From: Thermoanaerobaculia bacterium
Lineage (GTDB): Bacteria; Acidobacteriota; Thermoanaerobaculia; Multivoradales; UBA5704
DNA: 64,000 nucleotides
NCBI GenBank assembly: GCA_036002325.1
Contig: DASYTJ010000012.1
Span: forward strand, 61,457-125,456
Direction: 5' to 3'
Shown here: piece after piece, positions 38,580 to 47,389 of the stretch
Layout: the number at the start of each line of letters is the position of its first letter
Position numbering within the stretch: position 1 is the first letter of the stretch
Program-made: the position numbers and the translations under genes
The notes under the pieces: generated by a model
What the model was told of the DNA's origin: nothing
Databases searched by the model: none
The model's input: the letters and a program-made list of their open reading frames with translations, nothing else

Positions 38580-40280
38580 CTACTTTTCCGCCTCGTACAC
38601 CGGCCTGATATCCACCGGCACGTCTCCCAGGCGGGCGATGGCCTCGCGGAGCGGCGGTGTCGCCTTGCCGTAGGTGTCGAGGAAGCGCTTCGTCCCCTCG
38701 TAGTCTCCCATAGCCTGCAGCATCAGCATGTCGTGCAGCAGGTCGCGGATGGCGCCGGGGAACTTCGCGGAGACGGCGTGGACGCGGCCGCTGGCGTCGA
38801 TCTCCAGCGCTCCCTTCTCCCGCAGGTAGTTGAACTGCGCCACCACGCCCTGGCCGTGCGCCTCGTCGACGCCGAAGCGGGCGGAGCGGAACAGGCCGGC
38901 GACGTAGGTCGGCTCCAGCGACCGCCGCAGCTCGGCCGGCATCTCGTTGCGGCCGATCAGCGCCAGGATGTTGTAGATCCCCATCACGTCCGCCTTGGCT
39001 TCCTCCAGGGTGGAGTAGAGATCTTTCAGCTCCAGCCGCACTTCGGTCTTGCGGCCGTTCACCGTGATGGTGCCCGGCCCCAAGCCGTGCGACAGCTCGT
39101 GATGGAGCACCTCGTTGAAGTAGGCGTCGAACGAGACGTCCTTCACCTGCGACGGATCGAGCACGCGGTCGGCGATCGGCAGCAGGATGCGGTCGTACTT
39201 GGCCCGCATCGTGTTGTGCAGCAGCACCTTCTTCGAGCCCTTGGCCTCGCGCACCCGTTCGTCGTTCGGCAGATTGAAGGCGATCGTCTGCACGCCGGCG
39301 CGGGTCTCGCCGCTGCTGTAGACCGCGTCCACCACCCGGATCGGGCTCTCGGTGCCGCGGTTCAGGTTCTTCTGCTCGTCGGGGATCGGCAGGTTCCGCT
39401 CCAGCCAGGGGAGCCGCTCCTTGTAGCGCGCCAGCGCCGCCGACTCCTGCGGCAGGTTCACGGTGACGAACGACTCGAAGGCGGCCTTGTAGCCGAAGAG
39501 CTCGTCCTCGTAGGTCTCGTAGGGGCCGATGGTGACCTCCACCGGCGCGTCGAGGTCCATCCAGGCGACGTCGCTCGCGTAGTAGTCGTCGCTCGCGAAC
39601 GCGGCGGCGCGCAGCTCCAGGAACTTCTTGAGCGAGGCGTTGCCGGTGAGGGCGGCGGCCTCGCGCAGCAGCCGGGCCGCCGGCGTCAGCCACTCCGCGT
39701 ACTCCCGCGAGTAGGGCACGGCGGTCAGGCCCCGGTCCGCGCCGCGGCGGATCTCCGTCACCGTCGAGGTGAGCTTCTCCTTGTCCCCCGGATGTTTGGC
39801 GATCCAGCCCTCGAGCTCCTCTTTCGCCATGTCCTCGGGATAGTGGCCCGCGCCCGGCGGATGCGGCTTGTCGCCGATGAACGGCTGGCGCTCCGCCAGG
39901 CGGTCCCACGGACCGAAGTTGAGCGTGAAGTACTGCCGCGCCGCGTCCGCGTGCTCACCCTGGTAGCTCTGAAGCTGGTCACGCAACGCGGGATTGCCGG
40001 TCCACGCCTGGCGCAGGAAGATCTCGTTCATCAGCTTGCTGGCCTCCACCAGCTTGGCCAGCACCTGCCGGTCCTCGTCAGTCAGCGACGTGAGGTCCGC
40101 CGTGAGGGGAACCGGGGCGAACTGCGCCAGCCGCTTCTCGACGTCCGGCGCGATCCGCAATCCCTGCTCCTGCCTCTGGCGAGTCGCGCTATCCGAGGTC
40201 ATATCGTCCGACGCCCCGTCATGCGAGGGGCGACACGCCAAAATCGCCAGCATCGTCAAGCCGATCACCATGAGGCGCAT
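38580..40280 (-). CDS. Zinc-dependent peptidase, M49 (dipeptidyl-peptidase III)-like family lipoprotein
   Basis: 566 aa; lipoprotein signal MRLMVIGLTMLAILAC; HHELSHGLG (HExxH-like) and downstream EEAKADVMG second zinc-ligand region as in DPP3-like enzymes. Confidence 0.5.
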   Translation of the reverse strand: MRLMVIGLTMLAILACRPSHDGASDDMTSDSATRQRQEQGLRIAPDVEKRLAQFAPVPLTADLTSLTDEDRQVLAKLVEASKLMNEIFLRQAWTGNPALRDQLQSYQGEHADAARQYFTLNFGPWDRLAERQPFIGDKPHPPGAGHYPEDMAKEELEGWIAKHPGDKEKLTSTVTEIRRGADRGLTAVPYSREYAEWLTPAARLLREAAALTGNASLKKFLELRAAAFASDDYYASDVAWMDLDAPVEVTIGPYETYEDELFGYKAAFESFVTVNLPQESAALARYKERLPWLERNLPIPDEQKNLNRGTESPIRVVDAVYSSGETRAGVQTIAFNLPNDERVREAKGSKKVLLHNTMRAKYDRILLPIADRVLDPSQVKDVSFDAYFNEVLHHELSHGLGPGTITVNGRKTEVRLELKDLYSTLEEAKADVMGIYNILALIGRNEMPAELRRSLEPTYVAGLFRSARFGVDEAHGQGVVAQFNYLREKGALEIDASGRVHAVSAKFPGAIRDLLHDMLMLQAMGDYEGTKRFLDTYGKATPPLREAIARLGDVPVDIRPVYEAEK

Positions 40281-40464
40281 GCCTTCTCCTTTCCGTCCGT
40301 TGCCTCCCGCCTTCCCTCATCCGCCGTAGGATGGCACACCGCTCGCAGCCCGGCCAAGCAGGACACTCGCGGCAGCACCCGAAGGATTCCAGGCTTCCGT
40401 GCATCCAACACCACAGTGGGAGTTGGACCTCGAACCAAGCAAGGGTCAAAAAAGGAGTGTCCCG

Positions 40465-41226
40465 ATGAAGACTCAGGCGGCAAGCGGCCTTCGCAACGGT
40501 CCTCGTGCATGGCGGCTCGCGGTGGTGTTGGCGGCCGGCTTAGCGCTTCCGCAGGCACCCGGCTGGGCGGCGGCGCAGTTCACGAATGATTTTTTGCTGG
40601 AGAACTGCACCTGGTCGGCGTGGGGCCGACAGAATCCCTACCTCAGCCTTCGTCCCGGCCGCCAACTGGTGCTCGAAGGCGAGGAGGACGGCGAAGAGAT
40701 CCGGGCGGAAATCACCGTGCTGCAGCAGCTCGAAACCATCTCCTTCGTCACCGCGAGAGGCGTGCCCCTGACCGTCGTCGCCCGGGTCGTCGAGGAACGG
40801 GAATTCGCAGGCGGCGTGATCGTCGAAGTCTCGCGGAACTGGTTCGCCCGCTGCGTCGAGACCGGCAACATCTTCTACTTCGGCGAAGAGGTCGACCTCT
40901 ACGAGGACGGAGTGCTCGTGGGCCACGAAGGCGCCTGGCGGGCCGGAGAAGAGGGCGCGCAACCCGGTCTCATCATGCCGGCGTCGTTCCTTCTCGGCGC
41001 ACGGTATTTCCAGGAGATGGCGCCCGACGTGGCCGAAGACCGGGCCGAAAACACCCGCATGGGACTGCGGGTGACCGGCCCGGCCGGCACCTTCACCGAT
41101 TGCGTTGAGGTCCAGGAGACCACTCCGCTCTCGCCCAGCTCCAAGGACATCAAGGTCTACTGTCCCGGCGTGGGAGTCGTCAAGGACGAGGCGCTGAGCC
41201 TGGTCGACATCAACATCGTGCCCTAG
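40465..41226 (+). CDS. Hypothetical secreted protein
   Basis: RBS AAGGAG upstream of ATG 40465; signal peptide MKTQAASG...LALPQAPGWAA; no recognisable motifs. Confidence 0.4.
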   Translation: MKTQAASGLRNGPRAWRLAVVLAAGLALPQAPGWAAAQFTNDFLLENCTWSAWGRQNPYLSLRPGRQLVLEGEEDGEEIRAEITVLQQLETISFVTARGVPLTVVARVVEEREFAGGVIVEVSRNWFARCVETGNIFYFGEEVDLYEDGVLVGHEGAWRAGEEGAQPGLIMPASFLLGARYFQEMAPDVAEDRAENTRMGLRVTGPAGTFTDCVEVQETTPLSPSSKDIKVYCPGVGVVKDEALSLVDINIVP

Positions 41227-41315
41227 CGGCGGCGTGCACGTGGCACACCCCTCGCATCACCGCGGGTAGTTGCCTCTCCGCGCCCGGAGAGGCGCGCCGA
41301 CGCGAGGATCGAACC

Positions 41316-41789
41316 ATGGCCGAGAGAGTCAAACCCTATAAGTCCGCGATCAACTACTGGCTGCTCGCCACCGATCCGGACGAATACAGCTACTACGATC
41401 TGGAGCGCGACACTGCCACGGTCTGGGACGGCGTCACCGATTACGAGGATCTGAAGACCCTGCGGGACGTCGAGCCCGACGAGGAGGCGCTCATTTTCCA
41501 CGCGGGCACGGAGCTCGCAATCGTCGGCATCGCCCGCATAACCTCGGATCCCTATCCGAACCCTCAGGGCACGAGCCCCGACGAAGTCGTGGTCGACGTC
41601 GTCCCCGAGCGGCGTCTGGAACGACCGTTACCGCTCGTCGAGTTCGAGGATCTTCCCGAGTTCGAGGACTTCGACCTGGTGGCAAACCCCGACCTCTCCG
41701 TCGTGCCCGTCACGCCGGAGCTCTGGAACCGGCTTCTCGAGCTGAGCGGGGCCGCGCTGGCGCTGTCCACACAGGAGGATCAGGAGTAG
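41316..41789 (+). CDS. EVE (PUA-like) domain protein
   Basis: 157 aa; NYWLLATDPDEYSYYDL...IARITSDPYP pattern of EVE domain. Confidence 0.65.
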   Translation: MAERVKPYKSAINYWLLATDPDEYSYYDLERDTATVWDGVTDYEDLKTLRDVEPDEEALIFHAGTELAIVGIARITSDPYPNPQGTSPDEVVVDVVPERRLERPLPLVEFEDLPEFEDFDLVANPDLSVVPVTPELWNRLLELSGAALALSTQEDQE

Positions 41790-41825
41790 GCCCCCTCGAG
41801 AGCCACGGTCAAGAACCTCTTCCGA

Positions 41826-42235
41826 ACAAGCTTCAGGCGAGCCGATGCAAGCTTGTGGCGAGCCGATGCAAGCCTGAGGTGACGCGACTGAAGCTTGAAG
41901 TGGCGCAATTGAAGGCGCAAGTGACGCGACGACTGCTTGAAGTGGCGCGGCTGAAGCTTGCGGCGAGCGGGTCGAAGCTTCCAGCGAGGCGGCGGAAGCT
42001 TGCGGGATTTCCGGCAAGCTTCAGCCGCGACGGCGCAAGCTTCAGGCGAGTGGGCACAAGTTTGCGGCGTGACGCGCGAAGCTTGCGGTGACCCGGTTGC
42101 AGCTTGCCGGGAGACGCCTGAAGCTTCTGGCGAGCCGATTGAAGCTGCAAACGAAGCGCCTGAAGCTTGCGGGATCTCCGGCAAGCTTGAACCGCAGCGC
42201 CGCAAGCTTTCTCCCGAGCCGCCTGAAGCTTGCCG
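41826..42235. repeat. Tandem array of about 20 imperfect 21-bp repeats each beginning AAGCTT (HindIII palindrome)
   Basis: Units such as caAGCTTcaggcgagccgatg, caAGCTTgtggcgagccgatg, AAGCTTgcggcgagcgggtcg, AAGCTTcaggcgagtgggcac; occupies whole convergent intergenic gap between EVE gene and esterase gene; generates frame-shifting KL-heptad pseudo-ORFs on both strands. Confidence 0.85.
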
Positions 42236-42236
42236 C

Positions 42237-42986
42237 TCACCACCCCATCCAGTCGATCGCGTACGGCAGCATCTTGCGCCACCACGGCCAATCGTGGTTC
42301 ACGTCGTGGCCCCAGATGTCGAGGAAGTGGGGAATCCCCTTGCTGAACAGGAGATCCGAGAGCCGCCGCGAGGCGTGCGGCGCCTCGTAGGCGCCCTGGC
42401 CGGTGAGGATGTGGATCTTGCACGCCGTCTGCAGCAGATGAAGCTGCTGGCCCGCCAGGTTCGGCAGATACCAGGCGGGGTTGTTGAAATAGCAATTGTC
42501 GTCGCTGTAGCCGTGCAGATAGTCCGGCTCCAGATCGTAGAAGCCGCTCATGGCGATGACGGCGTCGAAGAGGTCCGGCCGTCGAAAAAGGATATTGGCC
42601 GCGTGGAAGGCGCCGAAGCTGGCGCCGCAGGTGGCGATGCGGAGGTCGGGCGTCTGGCAGGCCTGGCGGATGAAGGGGACGACCTCCTCCTCCACGTAAC
42701 GGGCGTAGAGGGCCTGCCGGCGCGCCTGCTCGGGCACCGGCAGGCTGCGGTCCATCCAGGCCTGCTGGTTGATGCTGTTGATCGAGAAGATCCGCACCCG
42801 GCCGGCGTCGAGAGCCTGGTCGGCCGCCCCGATCAGATGGAAGCGCTCGTTCTCCAGGAAGTCCGCGGCGGCCGTGGGAAAAAGCAGCAGCGGGTGACCC
42901 CAGTGGCCGTAGGAGACGATGGGCATGTCCTGCCCCAGGATCGGGCTGTGCCAGCCCGCAATCTCGCGCCGATCGCCATACCCCAT
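42237..42986 (-). CDS. Esterase family alpha/beta hydrolase (putative esterase PF00756-like)
   Basis: Start at MGYGDRREIAGWHSP with RBS; GASFGAFHAANILF (G-x-S-x-G nucleophile elbow variant), C-terminal His. Confidence 0.6.
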   Translation of the reverse strand: MGYGDRREIAGWHSPILGQDMPIVSYGHWGHPLLLFPTAAADFLENERFHLIGAADQALDAGRVRIFSINSINQQAWMDRSLPVPEQARRQALYARYVEEEVVPFIRQACQTPDLRIATCGASFGAFHAANILFRRPDLFDAVIAMSGFYDLEPDYLHGYSDDNCYFNNPAWYLPNLAGQQLHLLQTACKIHILTGQGAYEAPHASRRLSDLLFSKGIPHFLDIWGHDVNHDWPWWRKMLPYAIDWMGW

Positions 42987-43099
42987 GGTCCTGGCCTCCT
43001 GCGGCTGAGCCCCGCGGAAAGAAATTGCGCCGGAGGATAACACTCTTGCTTGGCGAGGGCTGCCGGTGTCACAGTCCAACTTCCAGAGAGACCGGAGCC

Positions 43100-43867
43100 A
43101 TGGAGAGAATCCCCGTCGTCGCGAACGGCCGCGAGGTGTCCCACCTCGCCGTGCGCTTCGATCCGCCTGCGAAAGGTCAGGGAACCACAGTCCTCTACCT
43201 CCACGGATTTGGCTCCGAGCAATCGGGGGAGAAGGCCGAGTTCTTTCGCCGGCAGGCGCTCGCGGCAGGCTTCGGATTCTGCTCCTTCGACTTCCAAGGC
43301 CACGGACTCTCCGGCGGCGAGATCGGCTCCCTCACCCTGACGCGCAACTTGGAGGACGTCCGCCGCGTCCACGATTTCCTGCGCGCCCGCGGGCAGGAGC
43401 GGCTCGTCCTCGTCGGCTCGTCGATGGGCGGCGGCACGGCGCTCTGGTACTCGGCGCTCCATCCCGAGGACATCGTCGCCGGCCTGCACATCGCTCCGGC
43501 GCTGGAATTGGAGCGCGGCCTCCTCGCCTGGGCGGGGCCGGAGAGGGAGCGCATCTGGCAGGAAACGGGAACCATCCATTTTGAGAACGAGTTCGTCTCC
43601 TGCGAGCTCGGCTGGTCGCTGATCGATGACCTGCGCGCCCATCCTGTCGAGGCGCTGCTCGCCCATTACCGCACTCCCTGCCTTCTGCTCCAAGGCAAGC
43701 AGGACCCCTCGGTCCCCTGGCGCGGCGTCGCCGAGTTTGCCACGCGCTGTACTTTTCAGGAGATCGAGCTGCATCTCTTTGCGGACGGCGATCACCGCCT
43801 GACCGACCGCAGGGAGAGACTCTGGGAGCTGATGATGGAGTTCCTGCAGGGGCGGGGATTGATCTAG
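43100..43867 (+). CDS. Alpha/beta hydrolase
   Basis: Start MERIPVV; HGFGSEQSG, GSSMGGGTALWY (GxSxG), C-terminal DGDHRL (catalytic His). Confidence 0.7.
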   Translation: MERIPVVANGREVSHLAVRFDPPAKGQGTTVLYLHGFGSEQSGEKAEFFRRQALAAGFGFCSFDFQGHGLSGGEIGSLTLTRNLEDVRRVHDFLRARGQERLVLVGSSMGGGTALWYSALHPEDIVAGLHIAPALELERGLLAWAGPERERIWQETGTIHFENEFVSCELGWSLIDDLRAHPVEALLAHYRTPCLLLQGKQDPSVPWRGVAEFATRCTFQEIELHLFADGDHRLTDRRERLWELMMEFLQGRGLI

Positions 43868-43915
43868 CATGGGGGCGTCAGGGTTTGCGATGAAACTTCA
43901 CCCCCACGACGCCCC

Positions 43916-43948
43916 TGCTCCGAGAGCTCCTGGATTCTCCGCGAAAGC
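43916..43948. repeat. 33-nt perfect direct repeat copy 1 (tgctccgagagctcctggattctccgcgaaagc)
   Basis: Identical copy at 44196-44228; lower-GC non-coding-looking region. Confidence 0.8.
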
Positions 43949-44195
43949 GATTGAAGCCCGTCTTGGAAACTCATCTGGTTGGTAAGGCGCTTGTCAACTT
44001 GTCGATAGCTCTTCGTTGGGAGATTATTCGACGCAGTACGCGAGCCTCGCGTAGCAGCTACCGCCTCGCATAATTTGGTCGAGTTCCTTGCGACCGCCGG
44101 CCATGTCTTGTTGGCCCAGAAGCTACTCGCTCAGGTTCGTCCCTTCTACCAGTTGTTCCGAGAGCCACAGTTCCAATGCCGACGTTTGTGGGCGG

Positions 44196-44228
44196 TGCTC
44201 CGAGAGCTCCTGGATTCTCCGCGAAAGC
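44196..44228. repeat. 33-nt perfect direct repeat copy 2
   Basis: Identical to 43916-43948. Confidence 0.8.
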
Positions 44229-44707
44229 CGCGATCTGGCCTCCGCCGTGCTCGAGTCATGCTGATCTCGCGGTGCAGAAGGGCTTGGGGTCACATCTCTC
44301 TTCAAAGCAACTGGGAAGCTTAGCCGAATCGCCGCGACACGGCAGATATAGATAAAAGCAAATATTGATGCCGGGTTGCCGGCGGGCGCGGCTTTTGTAC
44401 TGTATATTATCGGCGCCGACAACTTCCGGGCGCGGGAAGGTGGGAGGGCAGGGACAGACTACGGATGTGACGTTACCGGGAGCGAGGCATACGTGACGAC
44501 GCGGGATAGATTCTTCTCCGTGAAATGCCAGCCGGGGTAGGGAATCGATCTAGCGTAGACTAGCCTCGCCCAAGCCGGACTCCTAAAGCAGGCGAGGATC
44601 CCCTCGATATCGGATCCTCTGTTCGCCAGAGTGCGCTGCTCACACGAGGCAATCCTCGCGTGGCCGGGGTGGCCGCCGGGGTGGTTGCCCAAGGAGGGAG
44701 AGAGTTC

Positions 44708-44953
44708 ATGTCCCGTAAGATTCGATTCGCCGTCGCCTTGACCCTCGCAGTACTCACCTGCGGAAGCCTGGGGGCTCTGCCCCTGGGCTCCCCCATCGCC
44801 TCTGCCGAGAGAGGTGACTTTCTCACCGCGATTGTGGAGTGGATCGTCTCCGTTTTCGTGCCGGAGCAGCCCTCGGAAGGTGCCCCCAAGCCTGCACAGC
44901 TCAAGGACAACGGCACGATGGACCCCAACGGCGGAACGGGCGGCGGTCACTAG
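44708..44953 (+). CDS. Small secreted peptide precursor (81 aa) of unknown function
   Basis: Strong RBS AAGGAGGGAG 7 nt upstream of ATG; signal peptide MSRKIRFAVALTLAVLTCGSLGALPLGSPIASA; mature about 48 aa with amphipathic stretch and Gly-rich C-terminus NGGTGGGH; lower GC than genome. Confidence 0.4.
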   Translation: MSRKIRFAVALTLAVLTCGSLGALPLGSPIASAERGDFLTAIVEWIVSVFVPEQPSEGAPKPAQLKDNGTMDPNGGTGGGH

Positions 44954-45037
44954 TCCGCTGCGTGGACGGGAGCACTAATGTGCTCCCGCCTTGTCCCGTT
45001 TTACCCTCCTCAAGCAACCATGTTTAGTAGGGAGGGC

Positions 45038-46435
45038 ATGCCGTATTCTCTAGTTCTGGGAGGGCCTAGAGTGAAGCTTCACCCCCATGATTTGTTGCTG
45101 CAGGAGTTCGCCGCCACCTTTTCGGAAGATCGCGCGGACTGCCTCGATCACCTCATTCGGTGCCCCCGCTGCCGGAAGCAGTTCAGATCACTGCTTCACT
45201 TGCAGCTGAACCCGCTTGCCGAAAACGTCGTCCCTCTCTGGCGCCAGCAGCCTGGGCCTGTAGACTACGAGCCGGGCTTGGCCAGGGTCTCTCGAGATCT
45301 CAAGCATCTTCCTTCTGCCTACGAGAAAGAGAGGGTGGAAGCGCTAGGGCTCTTTTCGGAGCTGTCGTCTTACCACCCCAGCAAGCAGTCGCTCATGGTG
45401 CGGAACTTTGAGCGGTTCCATACCTGGGGTCTCTGCGAGCTCCTTTTGCAGCGCACTCTGGAGCAGAACTTCCAGAATCCCTCTCTCGGCGAGAGTTTCG
45501 CCCTGCTGGCTCTCGAGATCTCAGATTACCTCGCAGACACCTACTATGGCGCCGAAGCGATCGAAGACCTAAGAGCGCGAGCTTGGGCTTACGTGGCAAA
45601 TGCGCGCCGGCTAAAGGCTGATCTGCGGGGAGCCGAAGAGGCGTTTGCCCTGGCGTTTGCCTGCCTCAGGCGAGGAACTCTGCACCCGATGGAGAAGGCT
45701 GTACTTCTCGATCTTCAGGCTTCACTCCTGAGAGCGCAACGGCGCTTCGGCAAGTCGTTGTCCCTTCTTCGACGTGCCGCGTCGATCTTCCGGAAACTTG
45801 GTGAGAAGCACCGCGCCGGCCGAGTTTTGATCAACATGTCCACGGTCTTCTACGTCGCAGGTGAGCCCAAGAAAGCTATCCCTCTGATCTATGAGGCGCT
45901 CGAGCTGATTGATCCGGCCAGGGAGCCACGCCTGCTGCTGAGCGTTTGGCATAATCTCATCTACAATCTCACCGAAATCGGCCAATTCATGGAAGCACAG
46001 CGGCTTTTCGTGAGGGCCAGGCCGCTTTACCGGCAATTCCCTGAGCCCTGGGCACAGAATCGTAGCGCGTGGGCTGAAGGCCGAATCGCTCGCGGCTTGG
46101 GTTTGCGGGAGCAGGCGGAAGATCTCTTCCTCGCGGCGCGTGCCGGCTTTCTTGCCGCGAAGGCTCCTTACGAGATGGCCCATGTCTCTCTTGAGCTCGC
46201 CTCTCTCTACGCGGAGGAAGGCCGGACGGCTGAGCTGAAGCAGCTCGCCGAGGAGATGATGCCCATCTTCTCCTCCCGTCAGATCCACCGTGAGGCGCTC
46301 GCGGCCCTCGCTTTCTGGAAGCAGGCGGTCGAGACGGAGAAGGCGGGACTGGAACTTGTAACGGGAGTGGCGTCCTTCCTCAAACGGGCACAGCACGATC
46401 CCGAGCTGCGATTCGAGCGGCCCAAAGAATCGTAG
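45038..46435 (+). CDS. TPR-repeat regulator with N-terminal HxxxCxxC zinc-finger (ZAS-like)
   Basis: RBS GGGAGGG upstream of ATG 45038 (alternative GTG 45071 at conserved VKLHPHD); LDHLIRCPRCRKQF zinc motif; multiple TPR-like helical repeats; lower GC (about 57%). Confidence 0.55.
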   Translation: MPYSLVLGGPRVKLHPHDLLLQEFAATFSEDRADCLDHLIRCPRCRKQFRSLLHLQLNPLAENVVPLWRQQPGPVDYEPGLARVSRDLKHLPSAYEKERVEALGLFSELSSYHPSKQSLMVRNFERFHTWGLCELLLQRTLEQNFQNPSLGESFALLALEISDYLADTYYGAEAIEDLRARAWAYVANARRLKADLRGAEEAFALAFACLRRGTLHPMEKAVLLDLQASLLRAQRRFGKSLSLLRRAASIFRKLGEKHRAGRVLINMSTVFYVAGEPKKAIPLIYEALELIDPAREPRLLLSVWHNLIYNLTEIGQFMEAQRLFVRARPLYRQFPEPWAQNRSAWAEGRIARGLGLREQAEDLFLAARAGFLAAKAPYEMAHVSLELASLYAEEGRTAELKQLAEEMMPIFSSRQIHREALAALAFWKQAVETEKAGLELVTGVASFLKRAQHDPELRFERPKES

Positions 46436-46466
46436 CGCCAATCTGCCAATAGAGGAAAAGCGGCTG

Positions 46467-46488
46467 GGGGCGCAGCATGCTGCGCCCC
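46467..46488. terminator. REP-like palindrome variant GGGGCGCAGCATGCTGCGCCCC
   Basis: Between convergent TPR gene (ends 46435) and cupredoxin-like gene (ends 46500). Confidence 0.5.
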
Positions 46489-46499
46489 ACTTAAGAGGT

Positions 46500-47270
46500 T
46501 TACGCCTTCGGCTTGAAGTCGAAGGTGACCGTCGCGGTCTGGTTGGGGGCGATTGTCACTTCCTGGGTCTGGGTGCCCAGCTTCTCGTGCCAGGCCTCGA
46601 GGGTGTACTTGCCGGGAGGTAGCTTGTCGATCGAGAAGGAGCCGTCCTCGCCGCTGACCGCGTAGTACGGATGCGGCACCACGCCGACCCAGGCGGTCAT
46701 CCAGGGGTGGACGTCGCACTTGATGTGAACCGCCACCTCCGGCTTGTCGAAGACCTTGTCGATCGGCGGCAGACCCTGCGGCTGCGCCTGGTTGAACTCC
46801 TGGTTCGTCGTCGGCAAGGCATGGACGTTGTGCAGCGTCGCGTCGGTGTTCTTGACCGACAGCGTCTGGCCCGTCTGCATGCCCTGGACGCGCGGCGTAT
46901 ATTGGCAGCCGACCTGGTCGATCTCCTTCTTCTCCGCCGGCGCCGGGAAGGTTTTCCCCTCGAGGCCGGTCTTGACGTAGACGAAGACGTTGCCCAGCTT
47001 GCCGTCCTTGACAGCGATCTCGTTGGTGTCGACCGGGGTCGGGTGCAGGCCGGCGCAGATCGGATCGGCGTTCATGGCGATCGGCGTGTCGGTGTCCGGC
47101 CCCGCGTAGGTGACCGTACCGCTGATGCCGCCGGCATCGGCCGGCGCCGCAGCCGGCGCGCTGGCCGCCGGGGCCTCCGTGGTCTGCTCCTCATCCTTGG
47201 CTCCCCCGTGGCAACCTGCCAGCACCGGCAGCGCGCAGAGCGCCAGAATCCACAATCTGTTCCTGCTCAT
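46500..47270 (-). CDS. Cupredoxin-like (type-1 copper site candidate) lipoprotein; carboxypeptidase-regulatory-like beta-sandwich
   Basis: 256 aa; RBS AAGGAGG; lipobox LAGC; candidate Cu ligands HNVH ... C-DV-H-PW-M (C-x2-H-x2-M); last gene of cytochrome bc operon; ORF track merges it into a 1297-aa artefactual ORF. Confidence 0.5.
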   Translation of the reverse strand: MSRNRLWILALCALPVLAGCHGGAKDEEQTTEAPAASAPAAAPADAGGISGTVTYAGPDTDTPIAMNADPICAGLHPTPVDTNEIAVKDGKLGNVFVYVKTGLEGKTFPAPAEKKEIDQVGCQYTPRVQGMQTGQTLSVKNTDATLHNVHALPTTNQEFNQAQPQGLPPIDKVFDKPEVAVHIKCDVHPWMTAWVGVVPHPYYAVSGEDGSFSIDKLPPGKYTLEAWHEKLGTQTQEVTIAPNQTATVTFDFKPKA

Positions 47271-47389
47271 ACGAAAACCTCCTTGTTGGGGTGGAAGACT
47301 TTGTCGATAGGGAGAAATCCTGCAAGACGCGAGCCGGCCGCGGTAGCACCGTGGCCCGGACTCCGGCTCAAATTTACTACAACTCACGG

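Noticed and set aside
38398-40589. 503-aa minus and 618-aa plus ORFs overlapping the M49-like peptidase
   Set aside because: Alternative-frame/antisense artefacts; the 566-aa minus-strand frame carries the lipobox and HExxH-like motif.
41628-42495. Overlapping ORFs on both strands across the tandem repeat (41628-42017 minus, 41780-42205 minus, 41833-42495 minus, 41855-42091 plus, 42088-42390 plus); also considered as a CRISPR array
   Set aside because: No frame is maintained across repeat units (unit length varies 18-24), so the ORFs are artefacts of the repeat. Not CRISPR: the period is only about 21 bp with no repeat/spacer alternation and no cas genes.
44075-44323. 82-aa ORF in the lower-GC islet
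   Set aside because: No RBS; it overlaps the 33-nt direct repeat and looks like a decayed fragment rather than an intact gene.
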